A stretch of DNA of 64,000 bases from Lama guanicoe (lineage: Eukaryota): the NCBI GenBank assembly GCA_013239625.1, contig MU054187.1:6087757-6151756 (forward strand), given 5' to 3'. A program made the translations under genes and the position numbers. Below, in pieces: positions 61,190 through 64,000 of the stretch. Numbering within the stretch: the stretch's first letter is position 1; each line of letters begins with the position of its first letter. The notes below the pieces were generated by a model. The model had not been told where the DNA came from and ran no database searches. It was given only the letters and a program-made list of their open reading frames with translations.

Positions 61190-62290
61190 TTGTTAACCTT
61201 TCACTTTGACATAATTTCAGATTTACAGAAAAATTGTAAAAATTGTGCAAAAAAATTCCTGCTTTTCTTCTTATAATTAAAAAGCATCTTGTGACAGGAT
61301 TCTCTGAGCCTGTTAACTAGCATCATTTTCTCGGTTGCTTAGTGGTGATTCGCCAGTTCCACGGCTCCTTCTGTGTTTGCTAGCTGGGCTCCTGCTGTGA
61401 GGAGGAGCTTCACCTTCTCATCCAGCTGCTGATTTACAGCTGCATAGACTTGTGGAATCTCATTCTATTCAGTGGATCACAGTTCTTTGCTATCATCTCA
61501 GCGTTTGCTTTGCTGACATTATCCCAGATCTGGCTGGCAGGAACCCCTTCAGTCTGGCTTCTCCCTCCTTTTGCCTTGTCCCCATCCTTCTTTGAGCACT
61601 TCCTTTCTTTCTGGCACCAGAGGATGTTCTTGACTCATCTTGCAACTTCCCTGTTTAAATCCTGCAGTTGGTCACTTCTCCAAGGAGCCTTGGTGGTTTT
61701 TACTGGAGAAGGGCATTTAGAAACCAAGATTTGGCTACAGGGTGTGCTCATTGCTGCTGGGGAACAATTGCTTCCAGGCCTCTCAATGGAAAAGGCATGC
61801 ACGTGTTCGTGTGTGTGTATGATCTGTATGTACATGTAACATATGTACATCTATGTTTCATACACACATATATTATTTACACACATACCCTTCTGTCTAC
61901 CTACCTACCTAACAACAGTGAAAAACAATGCTTTTACATTGATGCTTCCAGTTGTGTTTCAGTGCTACCCGATCCATTCTATTCTTTCCCCTTCCAATAT
62001 TAATAACTCCCTTCTTTCAACCATGAGAAACCTGGCTCTTATTATCCATGATATATTTTCATACTGGTCAGTCCTAGAATATACAGGTAGCGGTTTCAGA
62101 ATGACTAGACCATATTTCTGTGAAAAGGAAGCCTGCTAAACTAGGGTTCGTTCAGTATTTTAGAGTTTTTTGTCTTTAACCTGATAATGTAGAGGCTAAA
62201 TACTTTTTTCAACATTTCCTCAGGTTGGTTCTTCTCCCTGCCCCTCTTCCGTGTGATTGTGTTATTTGTTTGATACTCAGTGTGGCTCAT
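61190..62290 (-). mobile_element. Old L1 3' region (L1MC/L1MD class)
   Basis: ataatttcagatttacagaaaaattgtaaaaat...ttctttgagcacttcct...ttctccaaggagcc...atttagaaaccaagat...gtgtgctcattgct. Boundaries approximate. Confidence 0.75.
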
Positions 62291-62298
62291 TACTTTCT

Positions 62299-62496
62299 TT
62301 CTTTTATTTTTTTAATTGAAGTATAGTCAGTTACAATGTGTCCATTTCTGGTGTACAGCACAATGTCCCAGCCATGCATATATATACATATATTCGTTTT
62401 CATATACTTTTTCATTAAAGGTTATTACAAGACATTGAATATAGTTCCCCTGTGCTCTACAGAAGAAATTTTTTTTAAAATCTATTTTTATGTATA
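62299..62496 (-). mobile_element. 5'-truncated lineage L1 3' end with 17-bp TSD
   Basis: aattgaagtatagtcagttacaatg...ttgaatatagttcccctgtgct. TSD gtggctcattactttct (62282-62298) / gtggttcattagtttct (62497-62513). Confidence 0.85.
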
Positions 62497-62736
62497 GTGG
62501 TTCATTAGTTTCTGTTTGGATATGTTCCACTTTAGCCCATGCCTCATCCTTGTTGATTTTCTTTTTTATTTTTTTTTCAAGTTCGTGAAGTAGTAATACG
62601 GTTCAAATGTCAGACCTGTACACAAAATGGTACCCAAAGAAAAGGTGCCATTCTCCCTTCCTTTCTACCGCATTCCTACTTACCTTCTCATAAATCCCAG
62701 ATTTATCCTTTCTCTAATTTTCGGCATGAATGTGCA

Positions 62737-62780
62737 GATAGGTAGGTAGGTAGACAGATAGACAGACAGACAGACAGACA
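62737..62780. repeat. Compound (GGTA)/(GATA)/(GACA) microsatellite
   Basis: gataggtaggtaggtagacagatagacagacagacagacagaca. Confidence 0.9.
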
Positions 62781-62799
62781 GGTTGATTTTATAAATTAT

Positions 62800-64000
62800 C
62801 TCACCTTCTTTCTTAAACACAGAAGAAAAGCATCTCCTCCCAGGACACATTCACACTTTGCCTTTTTTCACAGTAGTGTATGTACCGAGCTTACTCAGCA
62901 TCATAGGGTCTTCCTCATTCTTTGTGACAGCTGCTTTGTGCTACAGTGCACGGCTGTATCACAGCTCATCCAGCCAGTCGCCTAGGTATGCGGGCATTTG
63001 AATAGCTTCTGATATTTTATAGTTACAGATAATGCTACAGAATGTATTCTCATGCCTAGATATTTTTGAGTTGTTGGAGGCATAGCTTCAGGGTGAATTT
63101 TTAGAATCAGGATCGCTAGATCAAAAGGCTATGCATTTGTAGTTCTGTCAGATATTGCAAAAGTCCCTTCCATAAGTGTTGGGTAGGTTTGCATCCCTAC
63201 CAAGACTGCATGGGGGATCCTGTTTCCCCACAGCCTTTCCAAGGTGGTGTGGCTTTTCACGTTTTGAGGGAAGTCATATTTCAGTGTGGTTTTAATTAGT
63301 GCTGTCTTTTATTGTGAGTGAGGTAGAACGTCTTTCCATAAGTTTAATGGTCATGTTTATATCTTGTTCTGTCGATTGTGTGTTCAGGTCTTTTGCCCAT
63401 TTTTCTGTTGTGCTTCCGTAATTTTTAACAGTGCTTTATATATGAGGGTTATCAGTCCTGAATCTGTGTCCTATGGTGCAACCATCTTGCCTCAGTTTCA
63501 CTTGCCATTTGACTTTATTTATTGTTGTCTATTGTTCTATAAGTTTAAAGAAGTGTTTTGTATAGTTTAGATTTATTGATCTTTCCTTTTATTGGACCTG
63601 ACTCTTCAGTCATTGTTAGGAGACTGGCTGGAGAGGCGTCTGCCGTGTTCTCCTGGCTTCCGTTTCTTTGTTCAGGTGCTTGATTCAGGTGTTTGCTCTT
63701 GTGTGTGGTGTGAAACATGACTCTGATTTTCCTCTTTTCCAAATATCATTGTTCCAGCACCGTTACTATAAAAAGTCCATTTTTGCCCCGATGATCTGGA
63801 ATGCAGCCTCTATCGTGTGTGTACTGCACATACAGATTTATTTGGATCCTTATCTATATACGTTATTCTAATGTTTTGATCTGTCTGTCTCCTCATTGAG
63901 TCAGTAGCGCACTATTTTACTTATAGAGGCTTATAGTGTATTCCAATATCTGGTTCATTGAGTTTCCCCTAGGATGTTTCCTTTTATAAAATGTTTTCTT
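62800..64000 (-). mobile_element. Old L1 (L1M/L1ME class) ORF2-end/3'UTR remnant, runs off the window
   Basis: gggcatttgaatagcttc...ctgtttccccacagcct...tcttttgcccatttttctgttg...ttgttccagcaccgttta, typical of a decayed antisense L1. Confidence 0.7.

Larger units (their letters stand above)
1..64000 (+). other. CHD7: CHD7 gene body, partial (3' part of intron 2 through 5' part of intron 7)
   Basis: Five spliced exons join in frame to give [17 protein letters not shown]...EEFYVKYK, which I recognise as about residues 556-832 of human CHD7. There is no start codon exon or terminal exon in the window. Confidence 0.97.

Overview
Mammalian genomic DNA inside the CHD7 gene (chromodomain helicase DNA-binding protein 7) on the + strand. 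The window starts inside intron 2, contains five coding exons (exons 3-7 in human numbering: 431, 142, 138, 66 and 56 nt, all with AG/GT boundaries and compatible phases) and ends in intron 7. The rest is intronic: fossil eutherian repeats (MIR, L2, L1M, MER3/MER33, Tigger-type MITEs, an MLT1 LTR), plus younger 5'-truncated L1 ends and six tRNA-Ala-derived SINEs that suggest a camelid genome (inference). The other ORFs in the track look like noise. I found no evidence of a novel self-contained biological system. The best leads are: (1) Thr in place of the usual Asn in the chromodomain-1 motif; (2) a candidate 18-nt stop-containing microexon in intron 4; (3) a GC3/CpG spike around exon 5; (4) inverted young SINEs bracketing exon 7; (5) an old local duplication split by a SINE; (6) several motif-dense candidate enhancers. 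Comparisons with human CHD7 and repeat consensus sequences are from memory and need database confirmation.
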